The notes below the pieces were generated by a model. It searched no databases. It saw only the letters and a program-made list of their open reading frames with translations, and had not been told where the DNA came from. The position numbers and the translations under genes are program-made. 33,000 bases of DNA from Dicyema japonicum (taxonomy: Eukaryota > Animalia > Dicyemida): positions 745,061-778,060 of the forward strand of contig RDEW01000011.1 in the NCBI GenBank assembly GCA_011109175.1, given 5' to 3'. Positions 21,796 through 33,000 of this stretch are shown here, one piece after another (positions within the stretch are counted from its first letter, which is position 1; each line of letters starts with the position of its first letter).

Positions 21796-22596
21796 ACTTT
21801 ATTAAATTATATTTAATTGCAATTTATTGCAATTAGTTGCCCTAGTAATAAATATTATATATTGATTTGAAGTGAATAATTCTTAAATATAAGGTGTTTC
21901 TCGTGTGTTGTTGCTATACGGCTGAAGACCGTTTTATACAAGTTGGGAGAATAGTTTATATTCAACGTGGCAAAATGAAAGACAGTCAATATTGTCGACC
22001 AGAACACAGCAACAATTGTTCGTCATTATAGTACTTCGTGGATGGCCCTGACCAGTCTGTCTCCAGGCAAACAGTCAAGTGCAAGTGGGTTTCCCCATCC
22101 CCACTGAAAGAAAGCAATCAAAAAGGCTTGGGGTGATGTCAACGAGCAATGGTAGAACTCCTCCTTCTATAAATCCTCCAGTCGTTCAAGATTGTAATTA
22201 TTGTCAGTGAATACTTAGAAAATGAACATGAACGACTATGACAGATACATACATGAGGGCCAAGCAGAGCATGAACAAGCTTATAAAGAGGAAGGTCATT
22301 ATCTCAAGTCACTCAAAAGTGGTGTGAAGACCACTCCATATAAGGAGAAGATTGCTGCCTGATTGCTGTTTAAACGTGTTAGATCTTCTATTTTGCTGTG
22401 AGTTGATGGAATTAATTCCCCTATTGTTCGGGTAACTCCATCAACGTTTATTCGTTTCTCTAAGACCATTGCCTGCGTCTTTCCATTAAGGGACTGTCTG
22501 AACTATGTCTACTTTAAATTTCCATACTCCATGCTCTGCCTCCACCCCCGTGAGAATTATTTACCTCTAAAGAACCGCCTATTTTCGATTCCAAAT

Positions 22597-23110
22597 ACAG
22601 TCGACCCTCGCAAATTCGCCATTTATGGTTCCTTAGAATTTTGTGGCAATTTGAAAAAAAATAAAATCAATAATTTTGAAGAACAATGAACAAAGAATTT
22701 AAAAATTCCTTAAATAACAAAAAACGTAATTAAGTTTTATTAAAATTTAATTGTTAAATGTTTTTGCTTTGTACTTTCTCAGATAATACTGCTTTGTACT
22801 TTCTTATAGAAGAAATTAGAGAAACTTAATGTTCATTCTCAACATTGGCTGAGTTCCTTCTCTATTGCAGTTAATCTAACTACAATATTTTTTTTGTTTT
22901 TTTCCGATTCTTGTTCACTATTTTCTGAACCTTCTAAAGAATTTTCATTAAATCCAAAAAATGCGGTCTTGGTAGATATTAGGCATCATTCAGAAAACCA
23001 CCTAGGAAATTGATTTTTTTGGAAAATACCTTTAGACTCTACTACCTCCATCCAGTCTACCAACTTCTCTTCAAGCTTTGGAAACTGAGTCTGTGGTAGG
23101 TTACTATACC
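22597..23110 (-). mobile_element. pogo/Tigger remnant
   Basis: TA followed by the Tigger-type TIR CAGTCGACCCTCG. Minus-strand CENP-B-like HTH piece FPKLEEKLVDWMEVVESKG near 23030-23090. Confidence 0.6.
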
Positions 23111-24020
23111 TTCTTTCTGGGCAGAAACATCCTGGATCATATGGGTCCTTGTTAGGTCTTGGAATAGGAATGATTCTCGATTGTCACAAGACACGAACAA
23201 ATCAGTAGTTTAGGAAAGTAGTGGAAATTCTGTGAAAGCCTTTAACTTCTCTAAATCGAGGTTCTTCATCTACAAATTCCAATCGGCCCTCTTGTTGATG
23301 TGTTCTTGACATTCATTGGATCACCCACTTCCATCATAGTTTTTTTTGGTGGGCTGTCGGATTGAAGATAATCTAGTTTTCTTTTTTGTGACCCCAAATA
23401 GGTTTTTTCATCTTCATGTGACCGACTTCCGATTTGTAATTTATTGTCTGCTTGTCCTTCAAGAATTTGGTTGATGATGTTTATTAACTCCAAATGTGTG
23501 GGTTACGCTTTTGTCTGGTCTTGGAGATATATTTTAGAATAATCTAGAATTCTGGTTTTCTTTCTGTGATTTTGACTGAAGACAAATTCGTTTAAGTTTT
23601 TTGTGACAAAATCAGTTCGAAAATCTTGTGATTTAAAATGGAAAGCCCATGACTGAGATACGTCTCAAAAAGATGTTCTTCTCAGCACGTCTTTGATGTC
23701 ATCAGTGAGAAACGGCTTAGCAAGTACAAAATTTGCCGCGAAGTCTTCAACGTGGGATTCTGTTTCTCGTATATGCAGGTTATTTATGACAATTGATGCT
23801 GATAGAAGCTCCAAGTGGGTGTCATTCAGCACGTGAAGTGTCTGTCGTGTAGGCAATGGAATGGTGTCCCTGCCAGTGTTAGAAAACCTCCACCGTTTGA
23901 ACCACATTTTAAGTTTACACGCATACAGGAAAATCTTTTAAATATTGTCGTAGAATTCGATGGAATGGGAGTATCTTGAAGTTTAACAATGTCTACACGT
24001 AAAAAACAGCTCGAATTCAC
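23110..24020 (-). mobile_element. Decayed APE-RT LINE fragment
   Basis: IVKLQDT...GGGFLTL (endonuclease start, about 23870-23990) and RIIPIPRPNKDP (RT start, about 23140-23180). Confidence 0.5.
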
Positions 24021-24029
24021 CTCTTTACG

Positions 24030-25127
24030 GAAGGGGTGGCGTGCAAAAATTTTAAAATGTACCTTTATCTAATGACACGATTACGAATCGAATACGAGAC
24101 ATGTCTTTTAATGTTTTGGAACAACTTGTTGTGAAAATAAACGGCAGCCCATACAGAATTAGTATACGATTGGATGAATCTTCGATATAACATCTATAAA
24201 TCAGTTGGTTGCATTTGTTCGTTTTGTCGACATGGAATCTATTCATGACGAGTTTTTATTGTTTGGAATTAACTGCAAGAACAACAGCTAATGATATTTT
24301 TGATTTGTTTCTGGCTTCTTACGTGACAATTGTATTCACTGGGATAAAGTTGGATCTATTTGTACAGATGGGTCACCAGCTATGGTAGGACATCGTTCTG
24401 GTTTTGTCACATTGATGAAAGAAGTACCACCTCATGTAATTATGAAACACTGCGTCATTCATAAATATGCACTCGCTACAAAAACTCTGCCATTTGAGCT
24501 AAAAAATGTACTTGATTCAACAGTCAAATAATGCTTCCAATATTGAAGCTATGGAAAAAATGTCTGCGTTTAAAGAAAAATTGTCACTATGGAGGAGAAA
24601 AATACGAAATAACAACGCTTCAATATTTCCGATGGTAGAAAATAAGATTGGTGATAATGAACCTGAAAAATGGATTTTCTTCTTTGAGTATTGATAATCT
24701 CGAAAATCTTGAAAATAAAATTGAAGATTATTTCCGAGTTACTGAACCAATTGCACTTGGGTAATACACCCTTTTATTCCGGAAACCAATAAATTAATTT
24801 ACGACGGCCAAGAAATTGAAGAAATTGATTTTCAAGAACAGTCGATTGAATTGCGAAATTCGCAGTTTTGCAAGTTGACATTTGATTCGCTTTCGATTAT
24901 GGAATTCTGGATTTCTGTTATTAATGAATATCCAATTTTAAGTAAAAATGCACTGGAAGTGATAATTCCCTTTCCAACCACTTATTTATGTGAAATTCCA
25001 ATGTCTTGTTATTCTGAAAAGTAAAGTTCGGAAAGCTAGAAGACGATATGAGAATGGCACTTACCAATATTGTACCAAAAATTTAACAGCTAGTTTCTAA
25101 AAAGCAGGATCAAAAATCACACTAACT
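24030..25127 (+). mobile_element. hAT Buster/ZBED5-like transposase remnant
   Basis: Frameshifted fragments SIRLDESS, LVAFVRFVD...IHDEFL, CTDGSPAMVG.RSGFVTL, HCVIHKYALATKTLP..LKNVLD, EFWISVINEYPILSKNAL, TTYLCE, KKQDQKSH*. Confidence 0.88.
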
Positions 25128-25139
25128 CTAAATATAACA

Positions 25140-26544
25140 CCCCGCTTTATTTAACAAACAATAAAAAAGTTAATATATTTAATCAACAACCTTCCTCGCC
25201 TGCCTGTTCGCCAGCCTCCTCAGGCAGGTTCGATTCTGGTTGCTGAAACAACTCCGAGAGCGCCTTGTCTAATTGAACCCTCTGTCCATATGGCATCTCA
25301 GGGCTCTGCCTCCTATACTCCAGTGTCAGGCTCTCTAGGGTCCGCTTTAACAAAGTGGACTGTAGATAGGTCCGCTTTAACAAAGTGGACAAGTCAAGTA
25401 GCTGCCGCCCTCACTGCGTGGCTGTTCCCTCTCAAAATTGCGAGCGAAATTCGCTCAAATAGCCAGCGGCGTTCACGGAGATCTCCAGTGCATGAGGTGA
25501 TCCGGTTTCCAAGACGTCCGAAAAACTCGAGTGTAGAGGGGGAGTAGGATCCGGAAGTCTCCATAGCAAGGGGAACAAATTTGACATCATCGGGAAGGTC
25601 GACGTATTTAACGAGTTTGGCCTTCTCCGCCTTTACGGATGCTGAACAGGCTTTTGTAGCACTCTCGTGAAGATTTTTCTGGGCGAACGTGTCTGTACAT
25701 GTCACATCCCAAACCAGTGGTTTCCCGGCCTCAAATGGAAATATGGTCATCCCGTCCGGTCGTTTCCCGTCACTTCTGCATAACCCGACCGGTTCAAGAA
25801 TGGCCAAATATCCAGCAGCATCCATAGCTTTTCTGACAATTTCATTCAGAGTTTTGTGCCTTGGGGATCTGCCAGCGCTTCCTGCAGGCGAGAGGGTGCA
25901 GGCCATAGCAGTCTATCAGGATGCCACATCGGCACGGGTGAGGTACACATACTTTTAGTCCCAGCTGCAGAGAGATACCAGTTCTAACGCATTCATCATC
26001 CAGAAAAGTGCCCAAAGCTCCATTGGGGATGGCGTTTAGCCAAGCTCCGCTCTCAGGGGAAGCCCCCGAAAGCAAACAAGCGCGTCGGTGCTGATTGGCA
26101 GATTCCAGTAGGAGTCCAAATGATTTCCAGCATAATAAGTTGTCCAGGTTTCGCTGGCGATCTTGGGAAGGAGGCAGGGGATTGTTGGTGGCATTCCAGG
26201 CTTCTCGTGCGTGGATTATCTCTTGGTCAGTTGAGAATTCGGGTGGGGAGTGTAGAATCCTTTTGACCAAAGGTTCGCAGGCCGTGAGTGATGATAAATG
26301 AGCGGGAAGTGAGACGTCCAAAGTTCGACGGATTCCAAGACTCCCGAATCTAACTGGGAGTGTAGCCTGCATCCATGTATCATCGTCGAATCGGACATTA
26401 AATATTTGCTCCGTCGAGCCGAGGAGAGACAAATCAAAATTCTCGAGCAGCTCCAGTTGAGAATAATATGGAGCTGTCCTTAGTAGATAGGAGATTCTCT
26501 GGATGTTGAGACTTCTTTTCAATAGGAATAGTGCTGCTTGCAAG
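25140..26544 (-). mobile_element. 5'-truncated CRE-like non-LTR retrotransposon (RT C-terminus, CCHC, RLE, 3' UTR)
   Basis: ORFs 25842-26543 (ALFLLKRSL...YLLRTAP, QATLPVRFGSLG, SGAWLNAIP, HPCRCG...GLHPLAC) and 25394-25906 (RHKTLNEIV...EPVGL...KRPDGMT...LVWDVTC...PLAMETSG...LAILRGN). AATAAA on minus near 25146-25151. Confidence 0.92.
25339..25390. repeat. Two tandem 22-bp hairpin-forming units (period 30) in the CRE 3' UTR
   Basis: ggtccgctttaacaaagtggac at 25339-25360 and 25369-25390. Confidence 0.9.
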
Positions 26545-26645
26545 TCGTACTATAAATTCTGAAAAAATTCTCCATTGTGTTATGAATTCTACGTTGCAAC
26601 AAAATAGTTTTGAGGAACAATTTTTAGAAGAATTGAAACATATTG

Positions 26646-27146
26646 TGTGACAGTCCATAGGTGTAACGGCGCCGTTAGTGTAACGGTTTATAACAGATTG
26701 CAAAAAAATATTTTTTTTAATAATAAGCTCATTAGAAAACGACAAATATTTATAAAATTGTATATAATAATAACTATAATTTAAAAAAATATAACGTGTC
26801 TCAATGGGTTTAGTGATTCTCGACAAAGAAACACTCGAAAAAATAAAGAATTCAAAACTCAAGCTAATTTGGGCTGAAGATTCTGAATCTAGAGTGAAAA
26901 GATTTAGGCTTAATCAAATAGAGTTATTTTTGTATGGAGAACCATAAAATAAATAGATAATTGGTTTATTGATTTTAAATTTAAAAATATACATGTTGGT
27001 TTTTACGTGAGAAGAAATTTTTAGATGTGATTATTTTTGGAAAAAACTATTTTTAAAACTCAACCACTAGAATTTAAATATTAATAAATTTGGTAAAATT
27101 TATCAGCGTTACACCAACGGCGCTGTTACACCTACGGACTGTTACA
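26646..27146. mobile_element. Ginger-like MITE, uninterrupted 501-bp copy
   Basis: TG...CA termini, 40-bp TIRs, TSD TATTG at 26641-26645 and 27147-27151. Confidence 0.8.
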
Positions 27147-27164
27147 TATTGGAAATAAAAATTA

Positions 27165-28852
27165 CAGTAAAACCTTTCGAATCCGCCAAATTTGGGACCT
27201 GGGAAATTACGGCGGATTTGAGAGCAAATTTGAATTTTTTATAAATTAATAAAATGCATTTTTAATTTTAAAAACTAATTAAAAATGAAAACATTAATTT
27301 TCTTTAAAATAATCAGTTATTCTGTCAACGTTGGACAGCATTCGTTACATCATAGTCTAAAACGACTTGTTCATTCTTTTGTTCTCCATCATTAATGCAT
27401 TCTTTGTCTTCATCATTTTCATCCAAATTTTCCAGGATTTCTTCATTCTCTGTATACTCATAGAGAAGAAACTCATCTTCTGAAATTGTTCATTTATTTG
27501 CAGTCTTGACACGAATTCTTGATAAGTTTCAGGCGAAAACTCGTCATTAATTTCTTCAATAAAATCTTGGGTCCATTTAGCATGTCGAAAACAGTTTATT
27601 TTTGTTGTACTATTTAGCTTTTTCCATGTTTCATAGGTAAAAATTATAGCATCCTTTAGGCTTATTCTTTACATGCCTCGGTTTATGATTTTCCGAGTTA
27701 AAATTTTTCAATAATTTCAAGTCGTAATTGTTGAATAATTTCAAGAAATTTGAATTTATTGAATAACGTCTTGAATGTCTTAATGACTCCTTGGTCCATC
27801 GGCTGTAAAAAAACATGAAGCGTTTGCGAGTAAAAACATTATTTCAACTTGCTGCAAATCTGTACAAATTTGTGAGACGGACATTGGTCAAGTACGAGTA
27901 GATTTTGCGCTTTTCTTTAGCCAACCTGATTTTTTTTATTTAACCCAAGACCACGGTAAAACAAAACTAATTATCACGTGATCCCGATGCATTCTAACAA
28001 AGACCTCATCTTTGCCCGTCGTTCTTCCTTCGTGCCCGCGCATGAACGTAGAGGACGGCTGTCTGAATTTTCAGGGCCAATTTCCCGTGATCTGGAGTCA
28101 AGTCTCATAAGGTATTTATTCAAAAATGTATTGAATAACTTGGAATCCATCCATGTTGTTTAGAATTATTATAGGTCACATAACTTTGGTAGTTAAAATT
28201 TTTAAAACATCTGGGGTTTTTGAATTTTCCAATTATGAGTGGTGTTAGTTTATCAGTACCAGTCATATTTGAACAAAGCATTACAGTCCGACCACGGTTT
28301 GGAACGGACCTCGGGGCTGGAACACCTCAGTTTTTGGAACACTTTGTAGGATCTCAGCCAAAAAATACTGAAAACTTCGATTTGGAAATGAATTTATTAC
28401 TATTTTTTATTTCTAGTCATTAAAAAAATTAATTATTATTAAATAAAAAACTCCACAATAAATCATTATGAGTTTTGGTCACGAGAAAAAAATTGAAATT
28501 GCTCGACTACTGAAAAATCATTCACACAGAGTACTTGCTCGGAAATATGAAACGAGCATTGGCACAATAGCTGGAATAAAAAAACGATTATGCCTACATA
28601 ACCCGTAGGAACATTATTTCAAATGTTCGAATTTAAACAAAAACTGACTATATTTTAAAAACTTTGGATAGTAAAGTTCTTGACACTTTTCAACAATTAC
28701 GACTCCAAAATATTCCAGTTTCTGGCCCTTTTATTAAACTGGTGTAGAAGTTTTTTTGAATTAAAAAAATAAAAATAATAAGAAAATGAAAAAAAAATAT
28801 TTTTAAAAATGCGGCGGATTTGAAAAATTGGCGGATTCGAGAGGTTTTACTG
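27165..28852 (-). mobile_element. pogo/Tigger-family transposon, copy B (1688 bp)
   Basis: TA-flanked TIRs CAGTAAAACCT(T/C)TCGAATCCGCC. Adds LQPMDQGVIKTFK and LKDAIIFTYETWKKLNSTTKINCFRHA to the motifs seen in copy A. Confidence 0.9.
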
Positions 28853-29104
28853 TACTTATTTATTTTTAAAGATAAATATTTTTCAAACATCTAAAAATTT
28901 AAAATAACTTTAAAAAAATTAAAAAAAATCAAGAAAAGATTATCATATTTTTAAAAAATACAAAGTACTCAGTGTGGACACTCTGAAAGACTCATGCATA
29001 AACGAAACATGTAAGAGGAAATTGCGAAATATTGATTATATAGAAGCACTGTTCGACATTATCAAAAAAGCTCACATATGGTGGACGTGATAGAATGGTT
29101 GCGT

Positions 29105-29760
29105 GTTTCAAGGATCTCCTTTATCCCCTGCACTGTTTAACATCTTTCTGGCCGATCTCCCCCACTCTTGAATCTGATAATGATGTTCTACTTTCCTATG
29201 CGGATGATATTGTGTTGACTTCGCAAGATCAGGACATCCAGAAGCCCACAGAAAGAATACAAATTAACCTTGACAGGCTTGATGCTCGTGGTGAATGCAG
29301 CGAAGTCGTCTACGTTACTTTTTACTTCTGACAGAAGATTGGGAAGGAAGACAGTCACCTTGAACTTAAACAAGGTCGGGATCCCTTTCAACAGATGTCA
29401 AAGAATCTTGGTGTGACAATTGATATGCATCTCTGTCAGACACCACACGTAGAAAACATTCTATTGAAATGCGAGAAGAAACTGAACGAATTGAATAGCT
29501 ATCGGGGATATGGAAGAGTGGTACTCACCCTGTCCTGATGAACGTGTACAAAAAGTACATCGAGTTTCTCATGCATGGGGACCTTCCATATCTTGGACAA
29601 TATGAGGGAAATTAAGGAAATGCAAAAGAGGGCTTACGGAGTAACGGAACGTTGGATTTGTAAAGATCACCGAACCAGACCTACGCCTCTGGAGGCCCTT
29701 ATAAGACTAGACTCCACATCACGGAATGTGTCACTGAAAATTCAGTCAACCGTAGGTTGA
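29105..29760 (+). mobile_element. LINE RT fragment, copy B
   Basis: LLSYADDIVL; duplicate of 14830-15500. Confidence 0.85.
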
Positions 29761-30174
29761 ACTAGATACATAAAAGATTATAATTTATTAAAAACAAATA
29801 CGTTCGACTTCGCAAATTGACCATTTGGTTCCTTATAATTTTGTGCCAATTTGAAAAAATAAAATCAATAATTTCGAAAAAATGTGAACAAAGAATTTTT
29901 TAAAATGCCTTAAATGAACAAAAAAACGTATTTAAGTTTTATTAAAATATAATTCCTAAATGTTTTTCTTTCATTCTTATTGAAAAATTTAAAGAAATTC
30001 ATTCTCAACATTAGTTAAGAGCTTCCTCTGTTGCATTTTTTATGAGAGGAATTGGTAAACATGTGTTAATTAATTTTTTATTTTTCCAATTTTTATTAAA
30101 ATTAAATTAAAAATTGGCCAATTAATAAGGAGAATGGGATTTTTTCTTAGAATATTTTTCAAAAATTGGCGATT

Positions 30175-30652
30175 ACCTTCCAAAATGTCTCCTTTGCCAC
30201 GAAAAATTCAACCAGAATAAAAAGTCAAATTTGGAGGGACACTTTAATTCAAAGCATGGTGATTTTTCAAGAATTCAAAAACTAGCTATGGGAAAACTCA
30301 AAAAAATAAAATGGAAAGCTCAACATTATTGGAAGCAGTCTGCCAAGACAACTAATATTGGTTGCTTCATCGTCAGTAATGATTGCAAAAATAGGAAAAC
30401 CATTCGCAGATGGTGAATACATCAAATCCTGTTTTTTTTAATTTCACAACAACTATTACAAAATTTTACGAATAAGACAGAGATTTTAAATCAAATTAAA
30501 AACACACCTTATGAATTTGATCAAATCAAAATAAAGGAGTCTAATTACTTATGCTAATTTGAAATCATTATATTAAAAAGTGGCTCTTCAATTTTTTTAA
30601 TTGCCAAAAAACCAAAAATTGACACTTTGGCTTAAAAAGTTGCCGACCCCCT
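30175..30652 (+). mobile_element. hAT derivative, copy B (left end deleted)
   Basis: Right TIR GTTGCCGACCCCTG at 30639-30652. Left TIR removed by a deletion of about 265 bp relative to copy A. Confidence 0.75.
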
Positions 30653-31069
30653 GTACTATGCGAACATTAGTCATAAACCATATTCAAAAGACCTGGATCT
30701 TAGTTCAGGTGGAATAGATCCTAATCCCGCTGTTCAGGTGATATCTCCGTTTTTGAACTGAAGAACCTGAGTCTTTCTGCGACGGTGATAATAACGAAAA
30801 TTTTCAATCTCTCAATAAACGAGGACAAGATTCCGTTAATATGAGAGAAATCACTGATACACCCTATCCTGAAGAAAGACAAACCACCAAACTGCCCGTC
30901 CTCTTACCGCCTGGTATCCATCATCTGTGCGTTGTCACGGTTGTTGGAAAATCTGATCCTTTTTAAAATCCGTCCGTTCGTTGCTCTACCATCTTTTCTA
31001 CACGGATTCCGCTAAGGACACTCAACAACGACTTATTTAACAAAACTGGTCCAATTCAAAAACTGGCAG

Positions 31070-32190
31070 ACAGGACATTTAGCCACAATTCAATTAAGCA
31101 TAAATGATAAAGAAATACACTATGTATTTTAATAACGGTAAAAAATGGAATTTACACAAACCACTTGTAGAAAGAGAAAATTTTTGCATGATGGCTATGC
31201 GTACATTATGGATAGACAATGTCATATATCGGAGACGTGAGCTGAAAGCAAAATGCAAAGGCAGATTAAGAACTGTTAACAAGAACTTAGTGGACCTATG
31301 ACACCACACGAATATCCACCAAATGCAGGACGTTTACATGCGCTGAAAACCGTCAATACGATAAAGAAGAGAGCGAGAGATTCTGAAGAAACACCATCCA
31401 CAGTTATCCAAAAATGTTTAAGCACATACCCCATTGATGCTGCTTGTGCGCTACCCAAAAAAGAAACTGCTACTTCACTTTGGGCAGTGTTTATGCCAAA
31501 AAATACAAAATCTAGGACTGCAGGCATGGTATAATGACCCAGCAAATGCAAACTTAATTAAAAGTATTCAAGCACTGGCATTTGTTCATGTACCTCAAGT
31601 CATTGAGAGTTTCTGAGCGCTCCTTGAAACTATAGATGACGAGACTGATGACGTGTTGGGAGATTTTCTGACCTTTTTTGAGACAACATGGATCAGAGCC
31701 TTGCAACGTGGAGGGAGAAGAAGACTATTGTTTAGTTTGGAAATGTGGAATGTACACGACAGACAGGCAGAAGGCCTCCCAAGAACTACAAATTCACTTG
31801 AAGGATGGCACAGATCTTTTTCACAAAGAGTGTCTATAAAACAACCGTTTGTCGCCTTGTTGCAAAAATACGCAAAGAACAGTCAGAGTGGGAGCTCACA
31901 GTAGAACAAGTTGGATTTATGAAATCAAGAAGTACCAGGATGTGAACAAAGGGATACACAGTATTATTGAAAAATATGATGAATACACTCTAGTTGAATT
32001 TTTGAGTGCGCTTTCTCACAACCTTTAAGTAAATTTTAACTTTTTACCTACAGAACAATGAGTATTTATGTAACTTTTTAACTCATTTTATTTGATGTTT
32101 TTATCTTGAATTTTAAAACAATGTGCTAATAAAAAGTATGACATATTTCTTTGTTATTTGTGCTAAATTTTCTGTAGGCCAAATTTCTGG
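31070..32190 (+). mobile_element. MULE (Mutator-like) element with FLYWCH and transposase remnants
   Basis: MEFTQT..RKRKFLHDGYAYIMDR...KAKCKGRLRT...HEYPP (FLYWCH), ALAFVHVPQVIESF, FFETTWI, WNVHDR...LPRTTNSLEGWHRSF. Degenerate TIRs of about 70 bp at both ends. Confidence 0.85.
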
Positions 32191-32742
32191 ACACCTTGAT
32201 TTCGAACTTTTCCGGAGAATGAACCCACTCAGTCGTACCTCAAAACAATTTAACACTAGGTTTCTACTAAAGCCATCGAAAGCTTTGGTATCAACAAACT
32301 CTAGGACGTTTGACGCTGCGATACTTTCTTATCCGGGAAGTTTGCATCCTTTTAGTGCGCTTTCGCAGCGGTTACCATACGGATTTACACGACCACATGA
32401 TCAGGACGATGGGCTATATGGTCACTAATCTCGTCACTGTGACCTCTCTTCCCTCTAGAGTCTATACGGTCACCTAATCTCTTGTATTGGCCCCCTTTGA
32501 TTTTTCACATCAGATGCCCTCCCTTACACTAAATGTCTTCATCTTCTCAGGGTGGATGCGCCCTCTTACCTCTTCCTTGATACTCAGAATACATCAGTCG
32601 TGAACTAACACAGCATAGGATGCGCCAACATCCTAATTCGGATTCCATCTCCCACGAATTTGAGGAACCTGGACAAGTATGCCTAAGGAAGACAAGGGAG
32701 TTATCAGTTACATGAAAACAAACTTTAGTAGAATAAAACAAA

Positions 32743-33000
32743 TCACTTTTGAAAGACTGAGAGAGGCCTCGAGAAACCTAAATAGATAGAGGTCCCCAAC
32801 CCTTAGTACACTCATCACAAACGACGTCCTCCACAAATACAAACATCAAGTCTTCAACCAAATACCTCCTAAACTCTCAGGCATGAACTTCAAATTCTGG
32901 TAATTCAAAGAGGCTTTTTCCTGTAAAATAAGAAAAAATGTAAACCGAAGAGTTTCGGTTCTTCACATAGCTCTCCCACGTCTGAATCTCAATAATAAGA
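32743..33000 (-). CDS. MEPCE: Second Bin3/MePCE copy, 3' portion only in this window
   Basis: Same 25-nt and 23-nt introns and GFSRPLSVFQK* end as copy A. Differences include NYQN vs NYPN, AAG vs AAA at the last codon, and a 1-bp deletion near 32877 (aaactctcagg vs aaactcctcagg). Confidence 0.8.

Larger units (their letters stand above)
26545..33000 (+). repeat. Segmental duplication, copy B (runs off the window end)
   Basis: Collinear with 12010-18995. Lacks the CRE and Buster insertions and 15912-16177; has extra 27207-27786 and a MULE. Confidence 0.95.

Noticed and set aside
21890-22590. Possible gene or TE remnant between the CRE fragment and the pogo TIR
   Set aside because: Moderate GC content but no long frame or recognisable motif on either strand.
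25339-25390. CRISPR-like repeat array
   Set aside because: Only two units with an 8-bp spacer, inside a eukaryotic retrotransposon UTR, and no cas genes.

Overview
AT-rich eukaryotic, very probably animal, genomic DNA read in the standard genetic code. Three host genes can be fully reconstructed by hand: an animal-type transketolase (4710-6740, minus), Elongin A (9146-10395, plus) and a minimal Bin3/MePCE RNA cap methyltransferase (18737-19512, minus; 3' part of a second copy at 32743-33000). All three are split by extremely short GT-AG introns. Of the 15 introns, 13 are 21-25 nt and the other two are 49 and 50 nt. In every case the acceptor is the first AG at least 21 nt from a very degenerate donor. 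This suggests a tiny-intron animal such as a dicyemid or myxozoan-like parasite (inference, not proven). The transketolase carries eight single-base deletions, all in homopolymer runs, while Elongin A and the first MePCE copy are intact. A tandem segmental duplication of at least 6.5-7 kb (12010-18995 vs 26545-33000, continuing past the window end) differs by several transposon presence/absence events with visible empty sites. The rest is decayed mobile DNA: APE-RT LINEs, CRE-like RLE retrotransposon 3' ends, pogo/Tigger, hAT/Buster, MULE, a Ginger-like TG...CA MITE and a tRNA-derived SINE. No prokaryotic-type system (CRISPR, operon, rRNA) is present.
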